Below, piece by piece: positions 9,597 through 21,295 of a stretch of DNA of 64,000 nucleotides. The stretch spans positions 224,001 to 288,000 of the forward strand of contig CBDBIB010000001.1 in NCBI GenBank assembly GCA_965205945.1, given 5' to 3'. A program made the translations under genes and the position numbers. Under the pieces are notes generated by a model. It worked only from the letters and a program-made list of their open reading frames with translations, was not told the origin of the DNA and ran no database searches. Position 1 is the first letter of the stretch, and every line of letters starts with the position of its first letter. Source of the stretch: Bdellovibrionales bacterium (GTDB taxonomy: Bacteria > Bdellovibrionota > Bdellovibrionia > Bdellovibrionales > UBA1609).

Positions 9597-10508
9597 ATGT
9601 TTTTTTTAGAAATTCCTATTGCTGTAAATACTGAACTTGGTGAAGCTATACTTGCTTACTTTAAAAAAAATAATATTCCTCTTTTAAAAGCTGATATTAT
9701 TAAGTCTATACGTGAACACAGGGTTTATTTTGAAAATAAACCTGTGAGTTTTCTTCCTTTTAAAATTTTTAAGAAGGGAAAAATACAACTCTACATAGAC
9801 CATCCTAGCTGGAAAATTACTAAAAAAGATATTTTATTTGAAGATCGATGGCTTATTGTAATCAATAAACCTTCTGGGATTCCAAGCCAATCTTCTTTAA
9901 AACCATTACAAGACCATGCCTATAGTGCTGTTATTTGCCACTTAAGAAACAAAAAAACATTTAAAAGCCCTCAACTCTTTTTATTACATAGAATAGATAC
10001 CGACACTTCTGGCGCCTTACTCATGTCTAAGAAAAGCTCTATTAATAAAGGTATTCAATTTTTATTTGAAAAAAAGAAAATTCGAAAACATTACTGGGCT
10101 ATATCTAAAACCAAAAACAACCAAAAAATTCCAGAGATTGTCACCTCATATATTGGCAAAAAACCTGATGACCAACATAAATTTAAATTTGGTTCTTTTC
10201 CTAAAGGCTATAATAGCGCAAAATTTTCAGAAACACACTTTAAAAAACTTAACCAAAAAGAAAACTACAGCCTTTTTAAAGTCTCTCCACAAACAGGACG
10301 AAGTCACCAAATCCGCGTTCATTTAAGTGAAAATGGATACCCTATCCTAGGAGATATCTTTTATAAAGGCGAGAAGGCAACTAAGCTCTTTCTTCATGCT
10401 AAAACTTTAAGCTTTGTTCACCCTGAAACCAAAGAATTTATTTCTATAAAAGCCCCTTTACCTAAGCATTGGATCGATCTACTAGACAAAACCAAGCTTA
10501 ATACATAA
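9597..10508 (+). CDS. RluA-family pseudouridine synthase
   Basis: Motifs INKPSG, HRIDTDTSG, TGRSHQIRVH and PILGD. Confidence 0.93.
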   Translation: MFFLEIPIAVNTELGEAILAYFKKNNIPLLKADIIKSIREHRVYFENKPVSFLPFKIFKKGKIQLYIDHPSWKITKKDILFEDRWLIVINKPSGIPSQSSLKPLQDHAYSAVICHLRNKKTFKSPQLFLLHRIDTDTSGALLMSKKSSINKGIQFLFEKKKIRKHYWAISKTKNNQKIPEIVTSYIGKKPDDQHKFKFGSFPKGYNSAKFSETHFKKLNQKENYSLFKVSPQTGRSHQIRVHLSENGYPILGDIFYKGEKATKLFLHAKTLSFVHPETKEFISIKAPLPKHWIDLLDKTKLNT

Positions 10509-10546
10509 ATTACTTTAACTGTATGTAGATACAAAGGGAGGGGTAA

Positions 10547-12181
10547 ATGACTCAGACTTTTAAACCCATTGAAAAACAACTTGATCTTAAAAAAACGCAT
10601 AATTTTATTTTAGAAAATCCTACGTTAAGTGATGAGAGTGTTTTAATGAATGTGCTTTTTGTTGGTGCTGGCCCTGCTGGCTTAGCCGGCGCAATTAAAC
10701 TTGCTCAACTTGTTAAAAATGACCCTGACCTTAAAGATATTGAAATCGGAGTTTTAGAAAAATCAGAATCTCTTGGAGGGCATATTCTTTCTGGTGCAGT
10801 TATAAACCCCGCACCTTTAAAAGAACTTTTTCCTGAAGTTAACGAAAAAGACTTTCCTTTTAAAAATAAAATTAAGAGCGAGTCTGTCTACATTCTGACA
10901 AAAAATAAAAAGATTAGAATCCCTACGCCCCCTACTATGCAAAATCATGGAAACTACTCTACAAGTTTATGTGAAGTCGTTAGATGGATGGGGGAAAAAG
11001 CTGAAGACTTAGGAGTAAATATTTTTACAAGCTTTCCTGCTGACTCACTTTTAATACAAAATGGAAAAGTCATTGGAGCAAGAACTACTCCTACAGGCTT
11101 GAATAAGAATGGCTCACAAGGTTCCTCATATGTAAAAGGAACTGATATTACAGCTAAAATAACTGTTTTAACTGAAGGTACACGGGGACCCTTAACACAA
11201 TCTTATTTAAAGTGGGCTAACTTAAACACAGCTCCTCAAATTTATGCTCTTGGAGTTAAGGAGGTTTGGAAGGTTAAAAACCCTTTAAACAAAGTAATTC
11301 ATACCCTAGGCTGGCCTTTAAAAAACTCTACATTTGGAGGCTCATGGCTCTACCCTATGGGAGATGATATGGTTTCTTTCGGTCTTGTGGCTGGACTTGA
11401 TTATAAAGAATCTGACCTTGATGTGCATTATGAACTTCAACGATTAAAAAAACACCCTCTTTTTAAAAATATTTTAAACAAAGGAGAGCTCTTACAATGG
11501 GGGGCTAAAACTATCCCTGAAGGTGGCTACCACTCTTTTCCAAAATCTTTTTCTGGCAATGGAATTTTACTTGCTGGAGATTGTGTCGGAATGGTTAATG
11601 TCCCCGCACTAAAAGGTATTCATTATGCAATGAGTAGTGGAATTAAAGCTGCTGAAACGATTTTTAAATCTTTAAAAGAAAAAGAATACAACGTTTCATT
11701 AAAAAAATATGATGAAAAGTTAAAACAATCTATAGTCTATCATGATTTATATAAAGTTAGAAATATAAGGCAAGCTTTTAAAAGCGGATTTTTTATTGGC
11801 GGATTTAAAGCGACTCTTATGACTTTAACCTCCGGCCTTTACCCAGGAGGAAAGCCTCATAAATACGAAGACTCTAAAGAGCCAAAGATTTTTCAAAACA
11901 CTCTAAAAGAAAAAATTGATTTACAAAAAGTAGATGCAGTATTTCAGTCTGCAAACAAAACTAGAGATGACCTTCCAAACCACTTAACTGTTAAGAAAGG
12001 AATCTCTAAAGAATGGGCTAAGTTTTACGCACACCTTTGCCCCGCTGGCGTTTATGAGTTAGATAATGATAACCTAGTTGTTAAATCCCCAAATTGCGTA
12101 GATTGTAAAGCAACTGATATTCTTGGGCCAAGGTGGAAGCCTCGTGAAGGCGGCAGTGGACCTAGTTATACAGTCATGTAG
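10547..12181 (+). CDS. Electron transfer flavoprotein-ubiquinone oxidoreductase
   Basis: Motifs GAGPAGL, GGHILSGA, KTIPEGG and KGIHYAM, plus a C-terminal CPAGVY ferredoxin-like segment. Confidence 0.93.
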   Translation: MTQTFKPIEKQLDLKKTHNFILENPTLSDESVLMNVLFVGAGPAGLAGAIKLAQLVKNDPDLKDIEIGVLEKSESLGGHILSGAVINPAPLKELFPEVNEKDFPFKNKIKSESVYILTKNKKIRIPTPPTMQNHGNYSTSLCEVVRWMGEKAEDLGVNIFTSFPADSLLIQNGKVIGARTTPTGLNKNGSQGSSYVKGTDITAKITVLTEGTRGPLTQSYLKWANLNTAPQIYALGVKEVWKVKNPLNKVIHTLGWPLKNSTFGGSWLYPMGDDMVSFGLVAGLDYKESDLDVHYELQRLKKHPLFKNILNKGELLQWGAKTIPEGGYHSFPKSFSGNGILLAGDCVGMVNVPALKGIHYAMSSGIKAAETIFKSLKEKEYNVSLKKYDEKLKQSIVYHDLYKVRNIRQAFKSGFFIGGFKATLMTLTSGLYPGGKPHKYEDSKEPKIFQNTLKEKIDLQKVDAVFQSANKTRDDLPNHLTVKKGISKEWAKFYAHLCPAGVYELDNDNLVVKSPNCVDCKATDILGPRWKPREGGSGPSYTVM

Positions 12182-12191
12182 GAGTAAAATA

Positions 12192-12815
12192 ATGAATGTT
12201 GAATGGAAAATAACTGATAATAACGGAGTAAAAACTACAGACACTAAGAGTCTTTGGATTGGATTTAATCTAGACCAAGAAATCTCAAATAGAACAAAAA
12301 CTTACTCCTCTAGCGCTCAAGCCTCCCTATCGCCCATAGCATCTAAAATCTTTGGTTTTCCTTGGGTTGAAGAGGTTACTGTTTTTGCCAAACAAATTTT
12401 AATTAAACGACAGGATTGGGTTGATTTTAACATTATTGCAGAACCCCTTAAAGAGCTTATTAGTGAACACTTTAGTTTAAATGAATCTTCTTTTTTTGAG
12501 GAAAACCCTGAACCAGAAATAAACAATGTTAAAGAATATAACCCTGCTGATTACTCTAAAGAAGAACGCTTAATCATCGAATTCTTAGCTGAAGAAGTGA
12601 ACCCTCAAGTTGCCAGCCATGGCGGTAAGATTTCTTTTATCAAACTAAAGAACAAAAGTGTTTATTTAAAAATGGAGGGTGGCTGCCAAGGCTGCGGCAT
12701 GGCTGCGATAACTTTAAAAGAAGGAGTTGAAAAGTCTCTTTTAGAAAAATTTGATTTTATAACTACAGTTATCGATACCACTGATCATAGTTCTGGGATA
12801 AAGCCTTACTTATGA
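12192..12815 (+). CDS. NifU/NfuA-family Fe-S carrier; likely start 12192
   Basis: Motifs VNPQVASHGG and GGCQGCG. RBS AGGAG upstream of ATG 12192. Confidence 0.88.
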   Translation: MNVEWKITDNNGVKTTDTKSLWIGFNLDQEISNRTKTYSSSAQASLSPIASKIFGFPWVEEVTVFAKQILIKRQDWVDFNIIAEPLKELISEHFSLNESSFFEENPEPEINNVKEYNPADYSKEERLIIEFLAEEVNPQVASHGGKISFIKLKNKSVYLKMEGGCQGCGMAAITLKEGVEKSLLEKFDFITTVIDTTDHSSGIKPYL

Positions 12816-13393
12816 TAAACTCAAAACCATATAAACTATTTGAGAACTGGTTTAAAAAAGCAAAAAAAACAGAACACTCCTACCCTGAAGGATTCACTCT
12901 TGCCACAGCTTCAGCTAATGCAGTTCCCTCAGCAAGGATTGTTCTTTTAAAAAAAATTCTTCCACAAGGCTTTGTTTTTTTTACAAACTACAATTCTCAA
13001 AAAGCTAAAGAACTCTTAGAAAACCCTAATGCACACATGCTTTTTTATTGGAAATTGTCAAAAAAACAAGTTCGCATTAAAGGCATTGTAAGTAAAACCT
13101 CTAATGAAATTTCTAATGAATATTGGGCTTCTCGTGAATATAGCAGCAACCTAAATGCTGCACTGTCACAGCAAAGCTCTGAGCTAGAAGAAGGCTTTAA
13201 CTATAAAACTTTAATTAAGGAGTTTCACTTAAAAAACCCTAAAAATATCATACGCCCTAAAAATTGGGGAGGGTTTATTATAAACCCTGAGTACTTTGAA
13301 TTCTGGGAAAATGGCGATCACCGCTGGCACAAAAGAGACACTTTTACCCTTGGCGCTAACGGCAACTGGAAATACTCTACACTATATCCATAG
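12812..13393 (+). CDS. pdxH: Pyridoxamine 5'-phosphate oxidase
   Basis: Motifs PSARIVLLK, FFTNYNSQK, RPKNWGG and EFW. Confidence 0.92.
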   Translation: MINSKPYKLFENWFKKAKKTEHSYPEGFTLATASANAVPSARIVLLKKILPQGFVFFTNYNSQKAKELLENPNAHMLFYWKLSKKQVRIKGIVSKTSNEISNEYWASREYSSNLNAALSQQSSELEEGFNYKTLIKEFHLKNPKNIIRPKNWGGFIINPEYFEFWENGDHRWHKRDTFTLGANGNWKYSTLYP

Positions 13394-13535
13394 GCCCCTT
13401 ATAACCACTTTAAAAAAAACCCTACTCTATTTTTAAAAAATAAACTGAATATACAATACTTAAAAAAAAAAGTTTTTTAAAGTACTACACAAAATACTAC
13501 CTTACCTACTGCTATATTTTATGTTCTATAGACAT

Positions 13536-13567
13536 AAAAAAACCCTAGGCACATACCTAGGGTTTTT
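13536..13567. terminator. Bidirectional intrinsic terminator
   Basis: AAAAACCCTAGG-loop-CCTAGGGTTTTT between convergent genes. Confidence 0.85.
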
Positions 13568-13611
13568 AAGTTTTTCTAAACTTAAAAATCACCTATTAAC
13601 TCATTTTTGAG

Positions 13612-14319
13612 TTATTTTTTCTTACTATCTTTCTTAGAAACTATTTCTAAAAGCTCAACATCAAATGTTAACACAGCACCTGGTTTAATTTTAGGAGGAG
13701 CCCCTCTATCACCATAAGCAGTTTTAGATGGGCAAATAACTTTAGCTTTTCCACCAACTTTCATTTTCTGAACAGTTTCAGTCCAACAAGGAATCACTCT
13801 ATTTAATGGAAATGTTGCAGGGCTGCCTCTATCCACAGAAGAGTCAAAAACAGAACCATCTCTTAAAGTACCATGATAATGAACCTTCACCATTGCATCA
13901 GCAGCAGGATTTGCTCCTTTACCAGCTTTAGTTTCTATATATATCACACCAGATTCAAGAGCTACAGCACCAGCTTCAGTTTTCATTTTAGCAAGGTAGC
14001 TCTCTGAAGCTTTAGACTCTACAGCAGCAAGTCTTTTAGACCTATTATCACCAAGCTTAGAGATCTCTTTTGAAAAGGCTTGCATATCAACTTTATCAAC
14101 TTTTCCATCAAGACCATCCCTAACACCTTTTGCCCAAACCTGAAATTCATGGCCACTAAAATCAAAATTCTGAAGTCTTCTAGAGTCCATCTGACCTAGT
14201 GTATAAATTGTTTTTTCTTCATCTGTTTTAGGGTCCGCACCTATTTTACCTTTAAAGCAAGCAGTTGTTGCAAAAAATGATAACACAGCAATCATCAAAA
14301 ATAGATTTTTCATATTCAT
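13612..14319 (-). CDS. FKBP-type peptidyl-prolyl isomerase (FkpA/Mip-like lipoprotein); likely start 14319 or 14313
   Basis: Motifs VHYHGTLRDGSVFDSS, VIPCW, AYGDRG and LTFDVELL; lipobox TTAC. Confidence 0.93.
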   Translation of the reverse strand: MNMKNLFLMIAVLSFFATTACFKGKIGADPKTDEEKTIYTLGQMDSRRLQNFDFSGHEFQVWAKGVRDGLDGKVDKVDMQAFSKEISKLGDNRSKRLAAVESKASESYLAKMKTEAGAVALESGVIYIETKAGKGANPAADAMVKVHYHGTLRDGSVFDSSVDRGSPATFPLNRVIPCWTETVQKMKVGGKAKVICPSKTAYGDRGAPPKIKPGAVLTFDVELLEIVSKKDSKKK

Positions 14320-14431
14320 CCTTTCCTTTTCCTTTTTAATTAAATATTTAACACGACAAATTCTACCCCCTATACATCTAATTACACAATAAAAACTTGA
14401 AACCAAGACCGTATTGCACCATATTTGCTCT

Positions 14432-15322
14432 ATGAAAACCGGCTGGAAACTCCTTTTAATATACACTTTTTTTGTTATTATATGGGGGGCTTTTGTCAGA
14501 GCCTCTGGATCTGGCGATGGGTGTGGCTCCCACTGGCCTTCTTGCCACGGTGACTATTTATTAAATCAAGTTTCAACTAAGACTATGATTGAGTATACAC
14601 ATAGAGCCTCATCTGGACTATATGGTATATTTGTATTTTTATTAAGCATTTTAACAATAACATCCACACACTTTAGTAAAAAAGCAAAGCTTTTTGCTAC
14701 TGGAGTTCTTTTTTTTACAATAGTAGAAGCTCTTATTGGCGCTAAACTAGTTTTGTCTGAACTTGTGGGTGAAAACTCGTCAGGATCAAGAGCTTTTTTT
14801 ATGATTTTACATCTAACAAACACTCTTTTCCTAATAGCATGCAACGCTGGTGTCATATTCTTTAATGAAAAAAAAATACAATTTCAACATTTAATTTGCC
14901 TTAAAATTTGGGGCCCTATTTTTTTACTCTTTTTCATCACAGGTTCATCTGGCGCTTTAGCTGCTTTAGGCAACACACTCTATCCAGAAGACAATTTATT
15001 AAAGGGTCTTGCAATGGATTTTAACCCTAATAGCCACTGGTTAATTAAAGTGCGAAGTCTTCACCCTCTTTTTGCGTTCTTACTTACAGCTACTATAATT
15101 TGGTTTACTGACTCTAAAAAAAAATTTGGTCTTACTTTAATTAGTCTAAGCTTATCAACATTACTTATAGGACTTTTAAATTTAATACTACTAGCTCCGC
15201 TTACACTACAATTAGGTCACCTTACTATTGCTCTAAGTTTTTGGGTTATTTGTTTAATGTACTTTTTTAACCTTTCTACCCAAAAAAAGAATTTAACCTC
15301 AAATATAAAAACTGTGTTTTAA
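14432..15322 (+). CDS. COX15/CtaA-family heme A synthase
   Basis: GAFVRASGSGDGCGSHWPSC and IEYTHR; multiple TM helices with conserved His. Confidence 0.9.
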   Translation: MKTGWKLLLIYTFFVIIWGAFVRASGSGDGCGSHWPSCHGDYLLNQVSTKTMIEYTHRASSGLYGIFVFLLSILTITSTHFSKKAKLFATGVLFFTIVEALIGAKLVLSELVGENSSGSRAFFMILHLTNTLFLIACNAGVIFFNEKKIQFQHLICLKIWGPIFLLFFITGSSGALAALGNTLYPEDNLLKGLAMDFNPNSHWLIKVRSLHPLFAFLLTATIIWFTDSKKKFGLTLISLSLSTLLIGLLNLILLAPLTLQLGHLTIALSFWVICLMYFFNLSTQKKNLTSNIKTVF

Positions 15323-15458
15323 AAAACTACTGCAAATCTACTTTAGTAAAAAATCAGTTCTCCACTTTAAAAAAAAACTTAACATCTAAAACTCCTTGTC
15401 AAAATAATAGTTTTTTTAATACACTTACAACAACTCTCTTATTAAAAGGAATTTTTAT

Positions 15459-16508
15459 ATGACTAAAGCCTTTAATCTATTTACAATTACTCTAATAATA
15501 ACCCTATTCTACCCTAATCAAAGCTATGCTTTAAAAAAAGCCACCTTTGCTGGTGGGTGCTTTTGGTGCATGGAACCTCCCTTTGAAAAACTAAACGGTG
15601 TTAAATCTGTAGTCTCAGGGTACAGCGGTGGCCTTATTAAAAATCCAACCTATAAGCAAGTTTCTTTAGGAAAAACAAAACACAAAGAAGTTGTACAGAT
15701 TACCTTTGATCCAAAGCTTATAACTTACAAACAGCTCTTAGAGATTTTTTGGAGAAATATTGATCCTACAGATCCAAACGGACAGTTTGTTGACAAGGGG
15801 CAGCAGTACACTTCAGCAATTTATTATCACAGCCTTGAGCAAAAAAACCTTGCAACAAACCTTAAAGCAGAGCTTTCTTTAAAAAAGATTTTTAAAAAAC
15901 CTATTGTAACACAAATCCTTAAGGCCCAGCCTTTTTATAGTGCAGAAAAATACCACCAAGACTACTATAAGAAAAACCCTATAAAATACAAATACTACCG
16001 CTACAATTCAGGGCGAGATCAATTTTTAAAAAATATATGGAAAAATATAAACTCAACCCCTCCATCTTTAGTGTACAAAAAGCCTGCCTTAAACAAAATC
16101 AAATCTAAACTTTCAAAACTTCAATTCTATGTTACTCAAGAAGACGGTACTGAACCTGCATTTAAAAATAAATATTGGAATCATAACGAGGACGGAATTT
16201 ATGTAGATATAGTTTCTGGAGAGCCTCTTTTTAGCTCTAAAGATAAGTATAAATCTGGAACAGGATGGCCTTCTTTTATAAAACCTCTTGATTCTAAATA
16301 TATAGTAGAAAAAAAAGACTCTTCTTTATTTACAACGAGAATAGAAATTAGATCTAAATTTGGAGACTCTCATCTAGGTCATGTATTTAACGATGGACCA
16401 AAACCTAAAGGACTTCGCTACTGTATCAACTCAGCTGCCTTAAAGTTTATTCCTAAAGAAAAACTTAAAGAAAATGGGTATGAAAAGTACTTATCTTTAT
16501 TTATATAA
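15459..16508 (+). CDS. msrAB: Bifunctional methionine sulfoxide reductase MsrA-MsrB, secreted
   Basis: MsrA motif [10 protein letters not shown]; MsrB motifs [14 protein letters not shown] and RYCINS. Confidence 0.96.
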   Translation: MTKAFNLFTITLIITLFYPNQSYALKKATFAGGCFWCMEPPFEKLNGVKSVVSGYSGGLIKNPTYKQVSLGKTKHKEVVQITFDPKLITYKQLLEIFWRNIDPTDPNGQFVDKGQQYTSAIYYHSLEQKNLATNLKAELSLKKIFKKPIVTQILKAQPFYSAEKYHQDYYKKNPIKYKYYRYNSGRDQFLKNIWKNINSTPPSLVYKKPALNKIKSKLSKLQFYVTQEDGTEPAFKNKYWNHNEDGIYVDIVSGEPLFSSKDKYKSGTGWPSFIKPLDSKYIVEKKDSSLFTTRIEIRSKFGDSHLGHVFNDGPKPKGLRYCINSAALKFIPKEKLKENGYEKYLSLFI

Positions 16509-16765
16509 ATAACTACACTGCTATTTAAAGCATGGTGTAAATCAAAAAAAATATCTTATTTTAAATAATACAATTTTAAAATAAAAAACCTTTTTTCCTT
16601 ACTCTTTCCCCTGATTTGGCTCCTTTTTTTAAAGAGTAAAATGCTCAATGTTGGTAAAACTCTACTTGTAATTTAAGTTAATGTTTTTTTTCTAAATTTG
16701 ATTAAAAGTTATTGTAATAAATCGGTTTAAAACTTTTATAAAATCTTAAATAAGATGACTCCCCC

Positions 16766-18088
16766 TTGCAGCTTTATAAAAAGCAACTCCCTAATTTTAA
16801 GTTAAAAAAACAAGATGAGTCATTTTTTATAAATCTAATATTGCCTAATACTTTATCTTATATTAAAGATAAGTCTGTGACTAAACTACTCTTATTTTTA
16901 TCAACATTAATCCTCTTTGTGGCCTGTGACAAAAAACAACCTTTAAGCATAGAAAACTATAACAAAAAATGCTTAGAGGCAAAAATCCATGGGCAATTCC
17001 TTGTTGAATATTCAAATGGGACTTATGAGGTTATTTTAGCCTCTTCAAAAAAAGATTTTTTTAATAAAATTTTATCTAAAGAGAATATAGCCTTTTTAGA
17101 AAAGAAAAATTTAAAAATTTTAGATATTGATCTAAACTTTAAAGTTAAAACCTCTGCAACAACTTTTCTGCCAATAAAAAAATTAATAGCTGATATAAAT
17201 TTAGGGCCTCATATGCTAAACGCTCCATACCTTTGGAACCAAGGCTTTTATGGAAAAGGCGTAACCATTGCGCTTATTGATTCAGGCTATGATATTTCAC
17301 ACCCTCTTTTAAAAAATTCAGTACAAGAACGCCCCTTAAAACTTAGAACAGATGAAGATCAAAGTGGTTTTATAAATAATAAAATTGGTTGGGATTTTAT
17401 AAACAATAAACCTTTAACTAAGGACCTTGCAGCCCACGGAACTATTGTTGGCAGTATCATTGCCGCCGACCATACGGACAATTTTCAGTTCAGTATGGCT
17501 CCACAGGCTAAGATTATACCCCTTACAGCATTAAAACCTTTTAATACAACTCAAGTATTAGGTAGTTCAAACTCAGTAATCAATTCCATAGAATATGCTA
17601 TAGCTAAGAAAGTGGATTTAATTAATGCTAGCTGGGCTGGAAATATATGTTCTAAGTTTATTAGAAAAAAAATAAAAAAAGCTACTGATAAGAACATCAT
17701 TTTTGTCACTTCTGCAGGGAACCAAAATATTAATTTAAATCAAAAGCCTATTTTCCCTGCCTCATTTCCATTTTCACTCGTTATTTCAGTAGGAGCTTTA
17801 AATTCTGATTTTTCTAAGCAAGAAGACAGCAATTATGGAGAAGACGTAGATTTCTTTGCCTTAGGCAGCAATGTTATTGCCGCAATGCCCCGTGCTTTTC
17901 TTACTCCCCCTCCTGGCGTATCCGGCACAAGCGTTGCCACCCCTTTTATAACTGGAGGACTTGCCCTTTTAAAAAGTGCCTTTCCTACAGCCCCTCCTAA
18001 GGCTCTTTTAAACGCTTTAAAAAAATCTAACACTGTTAAAAAAATCCCTGATTTAAAGCATGCTTTTCTTCAGCTTAAGGCACGGTAA
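16766..18088 (+). CDS. S8 subtilisin-family serine peptidase (true start probably the GTG near 16877)
   Basis: Catalytic motifs LIDSG, HGT, SAGN and SGTSVATP; lipobox LFVAC. Confidence 0.88.
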   Translation: MQLYKKQLPNFKLKKQDESFFINLILPNTLSYIKDKSVTKLLLFLSTLILFVACDKKQPLSIENYNKKCLEAKIHGQFLVEYSNGTYEVILASSKKDFFNKILSKENIAFLEKKNLKILDIDLNFKVKTSATTFLPIKKLIADINLGPHMLNAPYLWNQGFYGKGVTIALIDSGYDISHPLLKNSVQERPLKLRTDEDQSGFINNKIGWDFINNKPLTKDLAAHGTIVGSIIAADHTDNFQFSMAPQAKIIPLTALKPFNTTQVLGSSNSVINSIEYAIAKKVDLINASWAGNICSKFIRKKIKKATDKNIIFVTSAGNQNINLNQKPIFPASFPFSLVISVGALNSDFSKQEDSNYGEDVDFFALGSNVIAAMPRAFLTPPPGVSGTSVATPFITGGLALLKSAFPTAPPKALLNALKKSNTVKKIPDLKHAFLQLKAR

Positions 18089-18184
18089 TAACTAGCATAT
18101 TTAATAATTTTTTAATTGAATTCAGCCCTAACCTACAGGTAAGGTTGCTCCTTTTATAACTTATATTACACGGAGAAGAAGTTT

Positions 18185-19483
18185 ATGAAAAATAGAGTTT
18201 ACATTTCTAATTTAAATAAGCACGTTGGTGATAAAGTTTGTTTAAACGGCTGGGTTTATAATATTCGCGCCTCTAGTAAAAAAATTAAATTTTTAGTCTT
18301 AAGAGATGGAACAGGTCTTTGCCAATGCATCTATTTTAAAGGCGAATGTGAGGACAGTTCTTTAGAAAAATTTGGAGATTTAACACAAGAATCCGCCATT
18401 CGTGTTTGGGGTGAAGTTAAAAAAGAACCAAGAAGCCCTGGTGGCTTTGAACTTTCAGCAAGCCGCTTTGAAATTTTATCTAAAGCACACAACTACCCCA
18501 TCACTCCAAAAGAACACGGCACTGATTTTTTAATGAATCACAGACATCTTTGGCTTCGCTCAAAAAAACAACATTCTATTATGCGTATAAGAAGCGAAAT
18601 TATTCGAGCTTCTCGTGAATTCTTTGACATAAGAAATTTCACGCTTTGTGACACACCCCTTTTAACTCCAAATGCCTGTGAGGGAACCTCTACTTTATTT
18701 AAAACAGAGTATTTTGATGGAAACGCTTATTTATCACAAAGTGGCCAACTTTATAATGAAGCAACGGCAATGGCACATGGTAAGGTTTATTGCTTTGGCC
18801 CAACATTTAGGGCTGAAAAATCTAAAACTCGGCGTCATCTTCTAGAGTTTTGGATGATTGAACCTGAAGTTGCCTTTAATGATTTAAATGACAACATGGA
18901 GCTGGCTGAAGAATTTGTAAATCATATTGTACAATCTACTCTTAAAAATTGTGCTTTTGAGTTAGAGGTTTTAAAAAGAGACATAAGAGGCCTTACGAAT
19001 ATAAAAGGAGAGTTTCCACGACTTCACTATAAAGAGGCTTGCAAAATCATATTAAAAGAAAATCCTAATTTTAAAACTGGAGATGATTTTGGCGCTCTTG
19101 ATGAAACCATAATAAGTTCACACTTTAATAAGCCTGTCTTTGTTTATAATTACCCTTCTAAAATCAAAGCTTTTTATATGAAAGAAGACCCTAATGATTC
19201 AAAAGAGAGTTTAAGTTGCGATTTATTAGCAACAGAAGGCTATGGAGAACTTATTGGCGGTGGACAAAGGGAAGATTCTTATGACCGCCTTTTAGCCAAA
19301 ATCAAAGAGCACAACCTAGACCCTACAGATTTTAACTGGTACTTAGATCTTAGAAAATATGGCTCAGTTCCACACTCTGGCTTTGGCATGGGTCTTGAGC
19401 GTTGTGTTTCATGGATTACAGGAATTCATCATGTGCGCGAATCTATCCCCTTTCCAAGATTATATGGACGCAATAAACCGTAA
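18185..19483 (+). CDS. asnS: Asparagine--tRNA ligase
   Basis: Motifs [24 protein letters not shown] and [10 protein letters not shown]. Confidence 0.96.
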   Translation: MKNRVYISNLNKHVGDKVCLNGWVYNIRASSKKIKFLVLRDGTGLCQCIYFKGECEDSSLEKFGDLTQESAIRVWGEVKKEPRSPGGFELSASRFEILSKAHNYPITPKEHGTDFLMNHRHLWLRSKKQHSIMRIRSEIIRASREFFDIRNFTLCDTPLLTPNACEGTSTLFKTEYFDGNAYLSQSGQLYNEATAMAHGKVYCFGPTFRAEKSKTRRHLLEFWMIEPEVAFNDLNDNMELAEEFVNHIVQSTLKNCAFELEVLKRDIRGLTNIKGEFPRLHYKEACKIILKENPNFKTGDDFGALDETIISSHFNKPVFVYNYPSKIKAFYMKEDPNDSKESLSCDLLATEGYGELIGGGQREDSYDRLLAKIKEHNLDPTDFNWYLDLRKYGSVPHSGFGMGLERCVSWITGIHHVRESIPFPRLYGRNKP

Positions 19484-19521
19484 TTAAAACTTTTAAAAAA
19501 ATTATTTAAATTGGAGAAAAT

Positions 19522-21078
19522 ATGGAACTCACTCATGAACAACAACTTGAAAAGTTAGATACAAAAAACCAAGCTGCGCTTATGGGAGGTGGAGAAGAAA
19601 AAAATTTAAAACACAAAATTGGTGAGCGCTTAACAGCACGAGAGCGCCTTGGTGTTCTTTTAGACCCTGCCTCTTTTGTTGAACTTGACCGCTTTGTCAC
19701 TCATCGCTGCGCTAATTTTGGAATGGAAAAAAATAAACTTAGTGGTGATGGTGTTGTCACTGGATACGGTCGTATAAATGGAAGACTTGTTTACATCTTT
19801 AGTCAAGATTTTACAATTTTAGGCGGAAGTATGTCTCGTACCACTGCTAATAAAATCATAAAAATTATGGATTTAGCAGCAGAAAATGGAGCACCTATTA
19901 TTGGAATTTCAGATTCAGGTGGCGCTCGTATTCAAGAAGGTGTTGAGGCCCTTGGTGGATATGGCGATATCTTTTTTAGAAACACTCGCTACTCTGGTTT
20001 AATCCCACAAATCTCTGCAATCATGGGACCTTCTGCTGGAGGAGCCGTTTATAGCCCCTCCCTGACTGACTTTACGTTTATGGTAAAAAACACAAGCTAT
20101 ATGTTTGTAACAGGACCCGACGTTATTAAAACTGTAACTCACGAAGAAGTTACAAAAGAAGAGCTTGGTGGCGCTGAAACTCACAATAAAAAATCTGGAG
20201 TGGCACATTTTGCTGCAGAAAATGACAAACATTTATTACTATTAATTCGTGAGCTTTTAAGTTTTATTCCTAGTAATAATCTTGATGATCCACCAAAACT
20301 AAAAACTGATAACCTTCGCACTCATACAAATCAAAGTATTAACGAACTTATTCCAATAAGCTCAAAAAAACCCTATGACATTAAAACTCTTATTAAAAAA
20401 GTTATTGATGACAACTATTTTTTTGAGATTCACCAACACTTTGCTGAAAATATTGTTGTTGGTTTTGCAAGATTTAATGGTCACTCTGTTGGTATCATTG
20501 CAAACCAGCCACAAGTTTTAGCTGGTTGTTTAAACATTAACGCTAGTAGAAAAGCTGCAAGATTCATTAGATTTTGTGATGCCTTTAATATACCTTTAGT
20601 AAATTTTGTTGATGTTCCAGGATTCTTACCCGGAGCAGAGCAGGAGTGGAACGGTATTATTACACACGGAGCAAAACTTGTCTATGCCTACGCTGAAGCT
20701 ACTGTTCCAAAAATCACTATTATCACCAGAAAAGCTTATGGTGGAGCCTACATTGTAATGGCTTCAAAACATATTGGTGCAGATATAAATCTTGCATATC
20801 CTGGAGCAGAGATTGCTGTTATGGGGGCCGAGGGTGCTGTTAACATTATTTTTAGACGAGATATTCTAGAGGCTGATGACCCAGAAACCGCAAAAGCACA
20901 GATTATAACCGACTATGAGGAAAAGTTTAACAACCCTTATGTGGCAGCAGAACTTGGATATATTGATGAAGTAATCGAGCCCTCTATGACAAGAAAAAGA
21001 ATTATTGATTCCATTGAGATGCTTCAAAATAAACGATCAAACTTACCACACAAAAAACATGGTAATTGTCCACTATAA
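19522..21078 (+). CDS. pccB: Acyl-CoA (propionyl-CoA) carboxylase beta subunit
   Basis: Motifs [27 protein letters not shown] and KKHGNCPL. Confidence 0.92.
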   Translation: MELTHEQQLEKLDTKNQAALMGGGEEKNLKHKIGERLTARERLGVLLDPASFVELDRFVTHRCANFGMEKNKLSGDGVVTGYGRINGRLVYIFSQDFTILGGSMSRTTANKIIKIMDLAAENGAPIIGISDSGGARIQEGVEALGGYGDIFFRNTRYSGLIPQISAIMGPSAGGAVYSPSLTDFTFMVKNTSYMFVTGPDVIKTVTHEEVTKEELGGAETHNKKSGVAHFAAENDKHLLLLIRELLSFIPSNNLDDPPKLKTDNLRTHTNQSINELIPISSKKPYDIKTLIKKVIDDNYFFEIHQHFAENIVVGFARFNGHSVGIIANQPQVLAGCLNINASRKAARFIRFCDAFNIPLVNFVDVPGFLPGAEQEWNGIITHGAKLVYAYAEATVPKITIITRKAYGGAYIVMASKHIGADINLAYPGAEIAVMGAEGAVNIIFRRDILEADDPETAKAQIITDYEEKFNNPYVAAELGYIDEVIEPSMTRKRIIDSIEMLQNKRSNLPHKKHGNCPL

Positions 21079-21295
21079 AAGATTTTATGAAAAAGCCCTC
21101 TAAACAAAGTTGAAGTTGACTAGCTAGCTTAAAAGCTCAAACTTAAATTGTTAAAAACTAACGAAAAAAAAGTTTAAAATGTTTTATACAGGAATAAAAA
21201 TAAATAGCAAGAAAGTATAGTACCCACAGTAAATGAAAAGAAAAAGGATTGATTAAGAGGGAGAAAATAGCACAAATTCATAGGGGAGATAGACA

